A DNA stretch of 64,000 nt, taken from NCBI GenBank assembly GCA_028023455.1, contig JAQFVV010000007.1, positions 1,364,001-1,428,000 of the forward strand. The letters run 5' to 3'. A model generated the notes under the pieces. The model did not search any database. It worked only from the letters and a program-made list of their open reading frames with translations, and had not been told where the DNA came from. The stretch comes from Epiperipatus broadwayi (Eukaryota > Animalia > Onychophora). The translations under genes and the position numbers were made by a program. This document shows, one piece after another, positions 13,434-26,370 of the stretch; position 1 is the stretch's first letter, and each line of letters begins with the position of its first letter.

Positions 13434-14805
13434 TCTCAGCATATATTCAGTGTTTCTCTTTTACCAAGTCTGCTTAGGCTAATATACCTGCATATGGATC
13501 TTCATGAAAATAAATAAAAATTCTGAATCTCACATCTATTTCAAATATTTCAATGTACATAACTGGACATAAGCAAGAAAACTCCATATCTGAATCCAGT
13601 TCACGCGGTTAGCAAACAGATTCCATTTTTCTCTAACCCAGTTTAGAGATGGAGTGCTATCCGATTTTGTATTAGCCTCTTGGTTGCTTATTATGTCTCG
13701 AAACTCAGCTCACATTATGCTTTCGCTTTAGTGCACTATATTGCATATTTATATTTTACTTTAAAATCTGTCTCAAAATATTATTAAAATGTTTCAATCA
13801 TAGCTGGAAATTTCTGCTGCGGTCACTATTTCATTTTCTTTAGTCATTAGTAGAGGTTTGTGATTTAAATATGTCCCAAAAGTGTTTGGTTGGGTTTAAC
13901 CATTTATTTATTACCATGTGCTCTATCCATAGAGTTAATGAATTATGTCTCTCTCTTGAATTTTATGTAACCTGTTCATTGGCTGGAAATATTTTTTGAA
14001 AAAAATTATAATATAAATTTTTGTCTATCATTAACATTACAAAAGAAGGGATTTTTCGTATATATCTGTATATGGTTGTACGGTAATAGCCTGCAACTCA
14101 ATCAGTGAAACTTTGTAGAATCTTGATAGCATAACTAATAAAAGTTTTTTTTGTCTGTCATTCACTATCATTAAAACTCTGTAGCATTGTTTGTTTTTCT
14201 TTGTGTGATACACATATATAAATCTGGTCATTATATATATCTAATTAGTAAAATTCATTTTGTGGTCTTATCTCTCCCTGACCACCAGGCATACATTAGG
14301 AATAAATTCTAGTGAGGTTTGAGGAGTAAGTCGCTTACTAGCAATCTGGAGGAGTAGGTGAGGTTCGAACCCCCTCTACCTGCATCTCTAGGTTAGGTTA
14401 AAGCAGCTCTACTTTTCATACCATTACAATATATACCTAAATACTCGGCCTTAGTTTTTATTAACCATTAATTAATATTTTTCCCAAGCAATATATTTAT
14501 GGACATCAGCGATTTCTGACTCCATGCACCAATCTTATGCATACATAAGAAATATATTACCGGGATTTTATCAAAAAAATAATACTGTATTATTTAATAC
14601 TCGGCCACTAGCTAGCTCATTGAAGGTGGGTAGTCCTGAGACTGACAGAAATGTGTTACTTTGACCAGTACACATAAAAGTGTTTAATATGTAAAACATA
14701 TATACATTTAAATACTATGAAATAATGAAAATAAATAAAGAAAAAAGAACAAAAAAAAATAATAGTCCTCAATGCTTTACTGGCAATATATGCATATATA
14801 TATAT

Positions 14806-16729
14806 TGTAACGGAATATAATATTCCGTTACATTATTTTAAAATGAAAATAAAAAGATTGTAAATAAAAATTGATTTATTAAAAAGAAAAAAAACTTAAA
14901 AACTGAAAAGTAAAAGTTGTTTAATATATATATATATTGTCGCGCAGATGGAAAACTTAAACTATTTTAAGAAAAAGTATTTAAAAGTATTTTTTGTTGT
15001 AAAAAAAAAAGTAAAAATATAAAGATTGATATTTTAAAAATAGAAATAATGTTGATTTCTATAATCTTAGAAAATGGAAGTGATTGTTTTATTAATTAAA
15101 TGATTGTTCGAAAGCAAGCTGGCCCTTGAGGTATTTAAAATAAATTAAATGGTCAGATAAGAAAATACAAAGAAATTAAATGACCAATGCAAGCACGAAA
15201 ATGACAGCATGGACCATAACTGAAACACGAGAGGATTAGTGATGTCTGGCTCATTGAATCCCAAGATCTAATGATAAGAGGCCAAGAAAAATATAAAAGC
15301 CAAATGATTATTATAATTTTTATCTAAGAGCTGACTATGAATATGTCATTATAACTAGCTATATTGCAGATTTTCACGATGTGGAAGTCTGCAATAAATT
15401 TAATTTTCCGGACAACCAGCTGAGGCCTATTGATGACAGTTCCTGACCAAATGCATGGCAAGTAGCAGTTTCATTTCAAAGAAGGACAAAATCTACGAAA
15501 GTGATCACGAAGATGGACTTCTAAATCTGCTAAATCCGTAAAGTATGAACTATTGTGTCTATCTAATAAGAACTTTCCTAAAATTGCAAGTAATTAATAG
15601 CTGAAAATAAGAACTCTTATCTGACTTAAAGAATGCAAATTCAATTATTGATATTTTTTATGTAGATGTTTAAGCAATCATTTCCATTTCTTTTGTGTGT
15701 GTGTTATTTTTTAACTAAAATGTATTAAATATAAAGTTGGGTATGTCTGCATGGATAAAAATTAATAACTATGTTTAAATTCGTTTATGTTTAGTTTAAG
15801 GGATTTTTAATTTCAGGCTATTTGTTTCGTAGTTAGGGCTATGCTTGTGGAGGGATATATGGGTGTTTATATTAATGTAGTGTGAAGCGTGTTTAGCATA
15901 CAGGGCAACGTGCCCAACTGAATGCATGACCCCAAAGAGGCAGTCATATCATTGCAATGGTCGCAGACGTATTTCCTGCGCCATTGACCCCTTCTAGCTC
16001 TGGAGGGATTATAAGTCAGCAGAAGACCGCTCTCCCCCATGCGTAGCACTCTTTAAAAAAATTATATACATGATTCCTTAGTCAGACAGATGCACTTTCC
16101 TGTTCTGGACACGGATCATTTCCTTCAAATAATATCACGCTGTCAGATGCACATTCCTGTCAGCGTGGTTTTATGCTAGCACCTTCATATTACATTGGTT
16201 GCGACTATATATCTGGAAGCTGACATTGGGTTGGCTACGAACTTTTAGTCTGAGATTGAATGAATGTTTTGATAAGTTTTAAGTGAAAAAAATCTATGTA
16301 GACTATCTATACTCGACATGCTAAAGTAAAATATCATTTAAATATCCATCTGTGCGGTCTATTTAAATAGTAATTTGAATTTAAATTTTAAAAAATTATT
16401 AATGTTAAAATCTAAAAATAAATTTATTCCTCAATTTTAAATGTGTGTTAATAAAAATCTATTTGTGTGTTAATTACTGGCAGTGGCTTCTTTTATTTTA
16501 TTGTTTTAAATATTAATATATTTTGAGAATCTAAATCTATTAAAACTTATAAAAATGTTTAAATCTCTGCTACTCTATGAGCTAGTGACATTGGGCAAAC
16601 GGTCAGAATAATATATATAAAAAATTTTTTTGAATCTTAACTTACGTATCTGCCTACTATATAAATTTTTCTAGGTTCAAATGCCTAAATGGCGCCCTCG
16701 TATGGCAGCTACGTTGAAGGCGCATTCAG
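14806..16729 (+). mobile_element. Long solo-LTR family C, copy 2 (extreme 3' end missing)
   Basis: Close colinear similarity to 61994-63925. Starts TGTAACGGAATA-TAA-TATTCCGTTACA; similarity stops at '...gcattcag'. Confidence 0.85.
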
Positions 16730-17698
16730 ATCAAATTATTATTAATTATACAAATTACACATTCTCTCTTAACACTTGTATTTATAAAATTTAACAGAAG
16801 TAATTACAAGTTATGCTGTGAGATTAATAAGATGTGCATGTCTACATCTGAAATAAAAATAGGTTGCTACCTTTTGATCCCCTGGGAAGTTAAATTGTCC
16901 ACATTTATGAGTAAAGTAAGCTTACTTAATAAGTCAGGAGCCATAAAGGTTGTCCATCAAGAAAGACTGTTTATAATTTCTAAAGAAATGATAGTGGGTC
17001 CAAATGATTGACATGGCGAAGATGTATGGAGTGGATTTCTGAAGTTTGAACCATCATGGGACTATGGAACAGCTTTGATTTACTGTGTAGAGTCATGGGA
17101 GTGAAAACCCAGCATGTCTACGGTTTTACCCCAACACACTCATGTCAGCTAACATATTTTTCTTGCAATCTCGTAGGCCAGAAAATTGATAGCATTTACA
17201 ATAATAGCATAAAGTTCTATTTAATACCAAATATGAATCAGAAGCAAAATCCCCACTTTATTCTCATTTGGCTATTTATATCCTTTTCTTCTTTTTTTTT
17301 TTGAAGCTTCCTTTTGTCCTCATGCCTTAATTCCCGTCATTCTTACAAAAGGTTTTACTCTGTAAACTTTATCTTCTCATCAGTCCTGGACTTTACGATT
17401 TTAGATCCGGGTCCCTTTGTCTTTAGTTTTTTCTTTTTTTGATCCGGGTCCCTTTGTTTTTAATTTTTTCTTTTACAAAAAAAAAGCTTTTAGCATATTT
17501 TTGTCAGATTTACAATTTCATTAAAACAATTTAAAGAACATAACTTTAAACAAGATTTACATTAGCAGCATTCCATATATAAGAACAAAAGCTGTTTCGT
17601 TCTACATTTTCTTATCTTCTTAAATCAAAGTTAGATACAATAAAGTTTATACATTAAATTTTTTTTTTTTCTAGAATATTCTTTTACATGCTATATAT

Positions 17699-19611
17699 TG
17701 TAATGGATATGAAACAATTGAAAGATGTTCCTTTTTATTTAAATATAATACGGATTCTTAAATTTAAATTCATCCATCTTCCATTACTGCAAGCAAAAAT
17801 AACATATAGACATAAACGAATCTATATCCATACTTGACCAAACCTGTGACTATACGGATATTGCCCCAGGTTATCTTTCCCGGTCAAACGTCTCTCGACT
17901 GCTGTAATTATTAAAGAATTACAGCACTTGAATAAATTATAAATTTAATGGGATCACAAATGCCATACCACTAGCCTCACGTGTTCCTTAGTATTCAAAA
18001 ATGGAGTGATAATTATAACCCAAAACCCTCCGGGTATATTAATTATTTGGAATGGTGCAAAAACAAGACGAAACAGAAAAATAATTAAGGAACTTTTAAT
18101 ATAATAAATAAATAACAAAAAAGAAATCAATTGAAATATTTACATACAATAATAAAAAAAAAATCCTTTTGATATAATGCTACGATTAAGTGTATGGGTT
18201 GAATCCTATAAATGATTATAATCTACGAAAATAAATTATCCATTTACAGTCGTCATTTCAAGTATTAGAAAGCGTCTAATTACTGTCTATCTCATTAATA
18301 TCTGGAATTTGCAATTGCTTTAAATCAAGAGTATATGCACATGTGTTCTATATAGGCATGTTATGTAATTTACCTAGGCTTTACTTTTTCTCCGATGTGA
18401 GTTAAGGTCCAGTTGACCATCATGTGGAATTCCTCCACTTCTTTAGCAGAGATAGCCACTCTTAGGCTTGAATTTGGTTTGTGGAATTTCTTCTTATATC
18501 CGTAGTGATTTCTCCATACTAGGACATCAAGGGCATGGCAGGCGGATCATCAGGCAGGTGCTACACCAGCAGTTGTTACATGGTGAGGTGACTGTATGAG
18601 CACGGTAGGTCTGAATCGGCTAGCGATCGTGATGGCTCTTAGCCACACATCCTTGAAGCTTCACTTATATTGTAGATTATTTCCATGTTCATACAGTGTT
18701 CAGTCTTCTACGTCGAAGTCCTTTTACTCAGCTTTCTGGTTTTTTCTTTGCAAATTTAAATTTTCATGTCTGCTTTCTACTATATTCTAATCTGCTTCTT
18801 ATCAGAGCAGTGTCCTCACCGAAGTCTCTACGTGAACTCCCTGCTTTCTACTATATTCTAATCTGCTTCTTATCAGAGCAGTGTCCTCACCGAAGTCTCT
18901 ACGTGAACTCCTCTTTTAGAATTAATTCATTAATGTCTTTTTCCAAATTCTTTCATTATCTTCATCTTTTTGTTTGTAGCTTCCTTTCACACCTTTCACT
19001 TTAAGACGCCTTCAACAACTTATACAAATTTACTTTTTTCATACAATTTCGTAGTAATATTTTACATTTATTTATTATTTATTTTATTTTTTTTTTTTTT
19101 TTAATAAAATTATTATCATTTGACATGCATTAAACATTGCTCTCTTTATACATACCTTCACACGTGCATTTCGTTTTTGTCAAAATGTGTACTTCTTTGG
19201 AATAGATCTTTATCTTTTGTCACATTTTAAATTCTATTCCTAATCTTATTTAAACTCCTCAATTTTTACTTTTTTTCTTTTATAAATCATTTTTAAGATC
19301 CTATTTTGTTTATATTTCCTTTCTCACTTTTGATTTTAAACCAAATATACGATTTCAATATTTTCTAACTTTACTTCTTATATTTTTCAAAATATCAACT
19401 TTGGAGGGTAAAAGATAAGAATCTTGTTCAATTCCATTTCCCTCTCTTTTATTTCATTACAGTAATTAATTACAACATTTTCTTTCTTCATTAGTTTAAT
19501 TCTTTTATTTACTTGTTTTTTTTTTTGTATTTCGAAAAGAAAACTACAATATTTAATATTATTTAATATTAAATATATACATGTGTGATCGCAGTATGTG
19601 CGATCATCACA
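17699..19611 (-). mobile_element. Solo LTR family F, 1913 bp
   Basis: TG...CA ends with ATAT on both sides (17695-17698, 19612-19615). On the minus strand it starts with the hairpin TGTGATGATCGCA-catac-TGCGATCACACA followed by A-rich sequence. Confidence 0.72.
18770..18911 (+). repeat. Perfect 71-bp tandem duplication
   Basis: 'ctgctttctactatattctaatctgcttcttatcagagcagtgtcctcaccgaagtctctacgtgaactcc' occurs at 18770 and 18841. Confidence 0.95.
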
Positions 19612-20949
19612 ATATATATCTATTTTTTTAATATATACACGCACATACTCTATCAAAACAAATTGTGCATATGATCCTCCCTTAATATTGCTTTGGTTAA
19701 TTCATATATATTTTAATATATACATTAAAAGGTATCTACATAACCTAAACTAATTAAAGTCACTTTTGACCTTGGAACAGGGTTTAAACCTGGCCCCTGT
19801 TATTATATATAAACACACTAACAAATAGATAATGGGGACAAGAGTTCATTCTCACATGATCAAATCATGCACTAAACAGCCAATTTAATTGAAATGATGG
19901 ATCTAGTGTATGCATACAAATTAAAAAAGAAACAAAGAGCAGTCACATTCACAGTTAAGATTCAATGGCATTTTTATTGTATCTCGGTCACTAGTTTCTC
20001 TCTATAATCGACACAACATATTAAACGCATCTCATAAAAGTATATAATAAACATTTAATAATTAATAAACTGAAATTAAAGATACTTAAATAATTATTTC
20101 CTTTAGGGAGAGAACTTTACAATAATAGTTTAATGGTATAGTACTATCAGAATAGTACTACCTATTGAAAGATGTTTCCATTCTATCTAACAGTGAAGAT
20201 TTATGCAAATATTACTCATGAAAACTAAATAATAAGAGGATACTAAAACTATATTTAAATCACTCACTGTATACTTGATTTATCACCACTAAGGATAAAC
20301 TATTGAGATTCTCAGGACAAAGATATTAATTAGATAGACTTAACAAGTATGCACTAAGATGGAGTCAGATTTAACATTTAGTTACATATTTACTGACAAT
20401 AAATATAGAATACAAAATTAAGTATATATTAATAGTTAAATGACTAATACATTAAAACAAAATTACTTATTAAATAAGATCTAATTTACTTCCATAAAAT
20501 TTTGTAAAACAAAATTGATTCCTTTAAATAAAATTAGTACCATGGGAAGCAGGTTTGAATACCTTTATAAAAATAGGATTAGGAATGAGGTAAAAAAAAG
20601 GATATTCTTTAGATATTTATTGTACATGAAAATAGATTATAATATTCTAACTTCTTGCTAAAAATTTCTATGAAATTTTAACTGTATTTTACTATATAAT
20701 AGATTATATGTGCAAGAAATTATGTGTGTATATGCAAGCGTAAAACATACATGTGTATACGATAATAATAGAAAATTGAAGATTGAGACTTTATAGCAGT
20801 ATATATCTAGTGTCCATTGATTATATAATCTTGGATCTAGAATAGGATGAAGATAATAGCTCTGGGGAACAAATAACTAAAGCATATAAAAGGTCATGTG
20901 ATTAATTTTAATAGAAAACATTCTATAACCCAAATATGTAATAAATGAA

Positions 20950-23480
20950 ATCATTTCATAAATATCTAATGGATAATCTTATGATTAATTTAACCATGTG
21001 AGTCAAGAACCAACCCTATCAAATGATACCTTGGATTTTAAATTTGTCTTGCTGCTTCATCTAAAAGCTTTTGAAATAATAAATTCAGATATAAAAAACT
21101 TTCTAGGTAATTCAAAAGTATATCATCTTAAATATATATTGGAGCACAATAAAACTCTAATGCTGTTAGAGAGTATTTTACTTTATATTCAAATCTCTTT
21201 AGCAAATAATAACAGTCTTGACTTATCAGGTATATATGAGCATCAGAGTATTCATCTTCTCCAGAAAAATAATAAATACAATATTAAACATGAAGATAAT
21301 ACAAATCTTTTATAAAGCAAACCTTTTTATCTCAAAAATGTGGACATTTTTGCTACAAGAACTACTTAGTATAAAGGATATTATATCAACTATTATCAAA
21401 AACAAACAAAAATAATAAAAAAATGTTGTAGGGCAAATATTAATAAACTACTAATATTAACACTGTTTAATATTCCACAACTTATCCAGGTGTGTATGTG
21501 TAAGAAAAATCTCAACTTTTATACACATTTGATACTTTCAAAAAATGCTACTACTTAAATTATTCAAACATAAATCTAAAGCAGTATATTATTAAAATTA
21601 AAGTCTTTAAAAAATATATAATGTAATTATTAATAATTCTTCTTGCTTTTTATTTATGTATTTTCTAGGTTTTTTTTAACATAAAATTAATGAAGAAATG
21701 AAACATTTCTAGTGGATAAAAAATTTATTTATTTGATAGTTCCTAATAATTTCATAATGTACCTACTTGATCAAGAATTTTGAATACAATTTCTAGAGGG
21801 AAAATATTTACAAGTAGGTAAATGGTTTATGCAAATCATGCAATTTAACTCATATGTGATCATCAACATCATTTTCAACCATTATCAATCCCATATGGAA
21901 TCATCAGGAAAAATCGATTTCATAACAATTTTATGTATCTAAAAAATGTGTATTTTTTCTTCTTGATTATTTAATTTTTAATAAATAAATATAAAAAAAA
22001 ACCAAAGAAGAAAGGAAAATAGAAACAAAAAATGGTGATCAGTAATTATTTTATAAATTGAAATCATATGTCATGTTATGTATTTTTTTGGTACCATTTT
22101 TTTATACGATCTATTTTAGTGGAATAATTTATTTTGTCTATCTAAATTTAGAGACTTTAAGCCCAAATATGAAAAGAAATCTTCCAAAGTGCATGAGTTT
22201 GTATGGATAAATTTAGTATAAAGTTTCAATGAACTTCTTTGTTAAAAGAATCTTTTCTCAAAATATATTACTATTATTATTATTAGAAAAAAATTATATG
22301 GCTGAGCGCTTTCACAGAACTTAAGTCTCCATATTCATAGCCTACTAGCGCTCAGCCATATAATTGTTTTCTAATAATAATATGCTTCACTTTTTTGCGT
22401 AAAGCACAATTTAAAACTTACAACTCAAGGGTGAAATAAAAAACAAGGATTTTATTATTATTATTAAAATTTCTGAAATTATCAGATATGTAAAAATTGA
22501 AATTTGTTTGTACACATTCAACTACATAGATTATGGATAATTAAAGTATGTTAGAATCAGTTACATTGTAGAGATGTCTGCCCATCCTTGCATATGTATT
22601 AAATGGATTATGTCCTATACATGTGGGGTTCAGATTGACCTTAGGTCAACATGGATGTGACAAGAATCTCAGCCTCAGGGTGGCCTTTGAGCATTCCATC
22701 ATCAGATTTTCAATTGGATGGACGGTTGAAGAGTTGGAGTGTGGAATAGATTGAAGCCTGTCCATCAAAGTATGAAGATTGTCTATCTTAATATATATCT
22801 GAGCACTTATAGTATATATGTGTGGGAGATGATAATCTGGACCAACTGATGATTGCTGGTTTAGCATGAAATACGTATATTGGTGATTATTTATCTTTTC
22901 GGCATATGTGTGTTTAGGTGTATCAGTGTTATTAGATGGAGTGGAGAGTGGTGGGTCATGTGAAAGTCTGTGCTCATATACCCTATATATTATACTATTT
23001 TTTTAGTTTTGTTTGTCATTTGATATTATTGATGTAGTTTATCTTTTATATTAACTAATTTTAGTGCTGGGAATGTCCACATTTGGGATATTTGCATTAT
23101 AGAAGCTTTTACTTCCTGGATATTTATTGTCAGAATTATTATTTTGTTGGGGAAGATGAATATTTTCAAACAAATATAAGATAGGTCAAAACTTCTTATG
23201 TTAATACTCATATTCATTCAAGTATTTCAAATTTGAAATAAAATAAGTTTTTATTGTGTTCCCATATATATATATTGAAGATGTACTCCTGAATTATTTA
23301 AAATATACTTTATATTTGGATTTATTTTTCCAGATGTTTTTAATCAGTGACAAAGCAATCATTTAATATCCCATATATCTCTATCAAAGGGATGTTTTTT
23401 TAATTTATATGATATCTAATATATATTTATCATATACTGATCTTATCTTTTAAATATTACGTCTGTGTTTATTATTGTAG
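20950..23480. repeat. Diverged inverted pair of ~500-bp segments (~20950-21430 + and ~22990-23480 -)
   Basis: Colinear shared blocks such as 'aattca..agta...catctt.aatatatat', 'cacaataaaa' and 'aaatgtggacatt'. Confidence 0.65.
22276..22381. repeat. Near-perfect hairpin: 35-bp arms (1 mismatch), 36-nt loop
   Basis: attattattagaaaaaaattatatggctgagcgct (22276-22310) pairs with agcgctcagccatataattgttttctaataataat (22347-22381). Confidence 0.92.
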
Positions 23481-23855
23481 TCACATACACATACATATTT
23501 TAGGTTCACATATACATGCATATCTACCAGCACACATTTATTCCAAATTAAAACTTCAAGGAATTTTTTTTTTTTTTTAAATTATAAATTTATAGGATGA
23601 ACTTAGAATATTGAAGCCTATTTTCAAGAATAATGAACATCCTAAGAATGATTCTTTTCTATTTGTTAATCATTTTCTAAAGAGAATTCAAATTTAGATC
23701 TAATCTCATTAATTCTATTTAAAGCATCAAAACTTACTTATACAACTTTCTTTGTAAAAACAAATTGTATCTTATCTAATGAATAATTTTTTAAATTTAA
23801 ATTCTTCTTATAACAAGTAATGTATTGTGACCTTAACACATTAAGCAAGCCAAAT

Positions 23856-24960
23856 TGTAACCCCCTCAAAAGAGATGATAACGCAGGAATGCATGGTTGA
23901 TCGATAGATGACTGAGATTGCATATATGAAGCCAGCCAACTTGTAACGTAGCAGGAAAGAACTGACTGACTTGACCATCGAGCTCTTATGAATGTAATGG
24001 TCACACAAATCAAACAAATTCCAGGCAACAAATTTTCACAAACAACTCTCTTTAAATCTTACAAAGATATTATTAAATAGAACAAAATGCGGCATGAGAA
24101 AGATTGGCCAATCAGTCCTGCAAAATATTAAAGTATTATTCTTCAATAATGACAAAGCTTTAATATCTCAAAATATTTAATAACATGAATAACACTTCGG
24201 CTACAACTCAGGGTTCTGCAATTTTTTTGGTAATTCATGCCAAGAACACCGAGAATTATACCAATAATACTCATTATAAAACATTATTAATAAACTAGAA
24301 GAGGAGGAGAAACCTCAACTCACTCTTACAACACTTTAACGATCTTGGTCTTCCCCACATAAATCACCAAACAACATGGCTACAATTAATTTCTTTCTGA
24401 TAAGAAATTTTCTACACTCTCCTTCTTCAAATAAAATTTATTATCTTTAAAATTTTACTTATCGTATTGCCATGATCCAATCTGCAGGGAATAAATAGTC
24501 AATTTTATCGATCTTATTAATTCATAATGTCATATTAATTCTCTAGCAATAAATCTATGAATTATTAATTTAAAACTGGAATATCATGATCTCAGGGTTC
24601 TTATAAGGAATGCAAAATTTCTACTAGTGACTTTATAAATACGTTGCTGATCGATGAATGTCATTCTAGCAATTAGCATAAATACTCATATACTTAATTT
24701 ATGAACTAATCTCTACTTTTCATTAACTAATAATAAAATTTTATGAATTAACAAATAGTTAACTAATATAAAATATCATATCAAACTAAATTTTGAAATA
24801 TGTTACCCTTGACTAGGAGCACATTTGAATACCATAAGTGGAAAAAGAATTTTATGTCCACCCAAGATATTCATCAATAACATAATAAATTTATTAAATG
24901 GAACTAACAATAATGAATTAGAATATAATTTTCCTCCAATATATTTACAATTTCAATTAT
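23856..24960 (-). mobile_element. LTR-like repeat family E fragment
   Basis: Homologous to 8500-9620 in the opposite orientation. Minus-strand GTTACA ends at 23942 and 23856. Confidence 0.5.
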
Positions 24961-24979
24961 AATAATCCGTAAAGTAAAT

Positions 24980-25505
24980 CAGTGTTCTTCAACCTTTGGT
25001 CCGTGGCCCGGTGCCGGGCCGCGGAACTTTTCTGCAGGTCCGCATACTAGACGGGCAGTAAAAAGTTTGTAATAATAAATAATAAGAGTTTAAACTTTTA
25101 ATTAATATAGCCAATTTTTATTTATTTTTTCATCTCATTTTTACCCAATTAAAAAAAAAAGAAAACAGAACGAAAACAAAATCTAATCAATCATTCATAA
25201 ATTAATTTGTTTTTCTAGTTATCACAGATGTTTATGGGGGGGGGGGGTAGAATTAAATTTTTTGTTACTTTTCTAAAAAAATTAAAAAAAACTTTTTTAT
25301 TATATAAACTCCATATATATAAAACTTTATCTTATATATTTAACATTGTTGTTATGATCAGTTATAACAATTATGCTTATCTTTAAGAAAATTTATCTAT
25401 AGACTTCTGCCGGGTCTGCGAAATCTTATCCTTATTTTTGCTGGTCCGCGGAACCTTATCCTTATTTTTACCGGTCCGCAGGTGTGAAAAGGTTGACGAC
25501 CACTG
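24980..25505. mobile_element. Non-autonomous hAT-superfamily DNA transposon (MITE), 526 bp
   Basis: Terminal inverted repeats CAGTGTTCTTCAACCTTT / AAAGGTTGACGACCACTG, a perfect 8-bp target duplication AAGTAAAT (24972-24979, 25506-25513) and subterminal GGTCCGC repeats. Confidence 0.92.
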
Positions 25506-25959
25506 AAGTAAATGATTAATGTTTCTTTGAAGATGATTTTCATATTATCTTATAATTATCAATTCAATAATTAAATATGTGTTATGTGTCTGTACCTGGA
25601 TAAGTAGCAAATATTTATTTAATAAGGTTGTATAATGATTAGATTTCTGGGTTCAAGAAGTACCAAGAACATTAAAACACTACACCAACTTTAATTAACA
25701 AAATAACATTTATTAATAAAGTTATTAACTTTAAAAATTATCAACTATAAACAATATAAACATTATAGCAATCTGGCAAGAAATTGACAAAAAAAAAAAA
25801 GTATATTTACAATGAATTTTACAGTTGCTATGGAGAATATGATCGCAATTCCTTGGCATTAAATAGTATTTAATTGAATTACATGTCCTTATCTAAGTAA
25901 TATGAAAATATCTTAAACTACTTAAATTTATTTCAGTAAAAAATAAATGTAAGTAGTTT

Positions 25960-26370
25960 CAGTCATTAAAGCATTGGATCATCAAGGTATAAATTCAGGA
26001 CATTGTCATATTTTTAAGAATATTTATAAAAATGCAACAGCAACAATTACATTACATAATGATACTGGGAAAGTCAACATTGAGAAGGGTATAAGACAGG
26101 GTTTTTGCAAATAATGCTTTACAGATGCAGGAAATGTTGCAGGAGTTATAAGATGAAAGTAGGACTAAAGACAAATGTTAAAAAGATTAAAGTAATGTTT
26201 AATGGATTTTCTCAAAATATGAAAATAAAGATTGATTGTGATGAGTTAGAAGAAGTTAACAGTTACAAATACCTTGGTCAGATTATTAATATAGATGGAA
26301 ACATAAATGAATGAAATTAATCATAGAATTAAACTTGGTTGGAGTGCTTTTGGTAGAAATAACTTGATAC
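25960..26370 (+). pseudogene. RTE-clade LINE reverse transcriptase fragment, 5' part (split by the gypsy insertion)
   Basis: Translates to ...NIEKGIRQG...LEEVNSYKYLGQII...EINHRIKLGWSAFGRNNLI with stops, frameshifts and a deletion. It continues in frame at 41040. Confidence 0.85.

Noticed and set aside
14315-14385. tRNA gene or tRNA-derived SINE (GGTTCGAACCC B-box)
   Set aside because: No convincing A-box or cloverleaf; at most a decayed SINE head.
14806-16729. Family C as a Helitron/Helentron because of its terminal hairpins
   Set aside because: Copy 3 has LTR-type TG.../GTTA(C)A ends and a clean 4-bp target duplication; Helitrons make no duplication.
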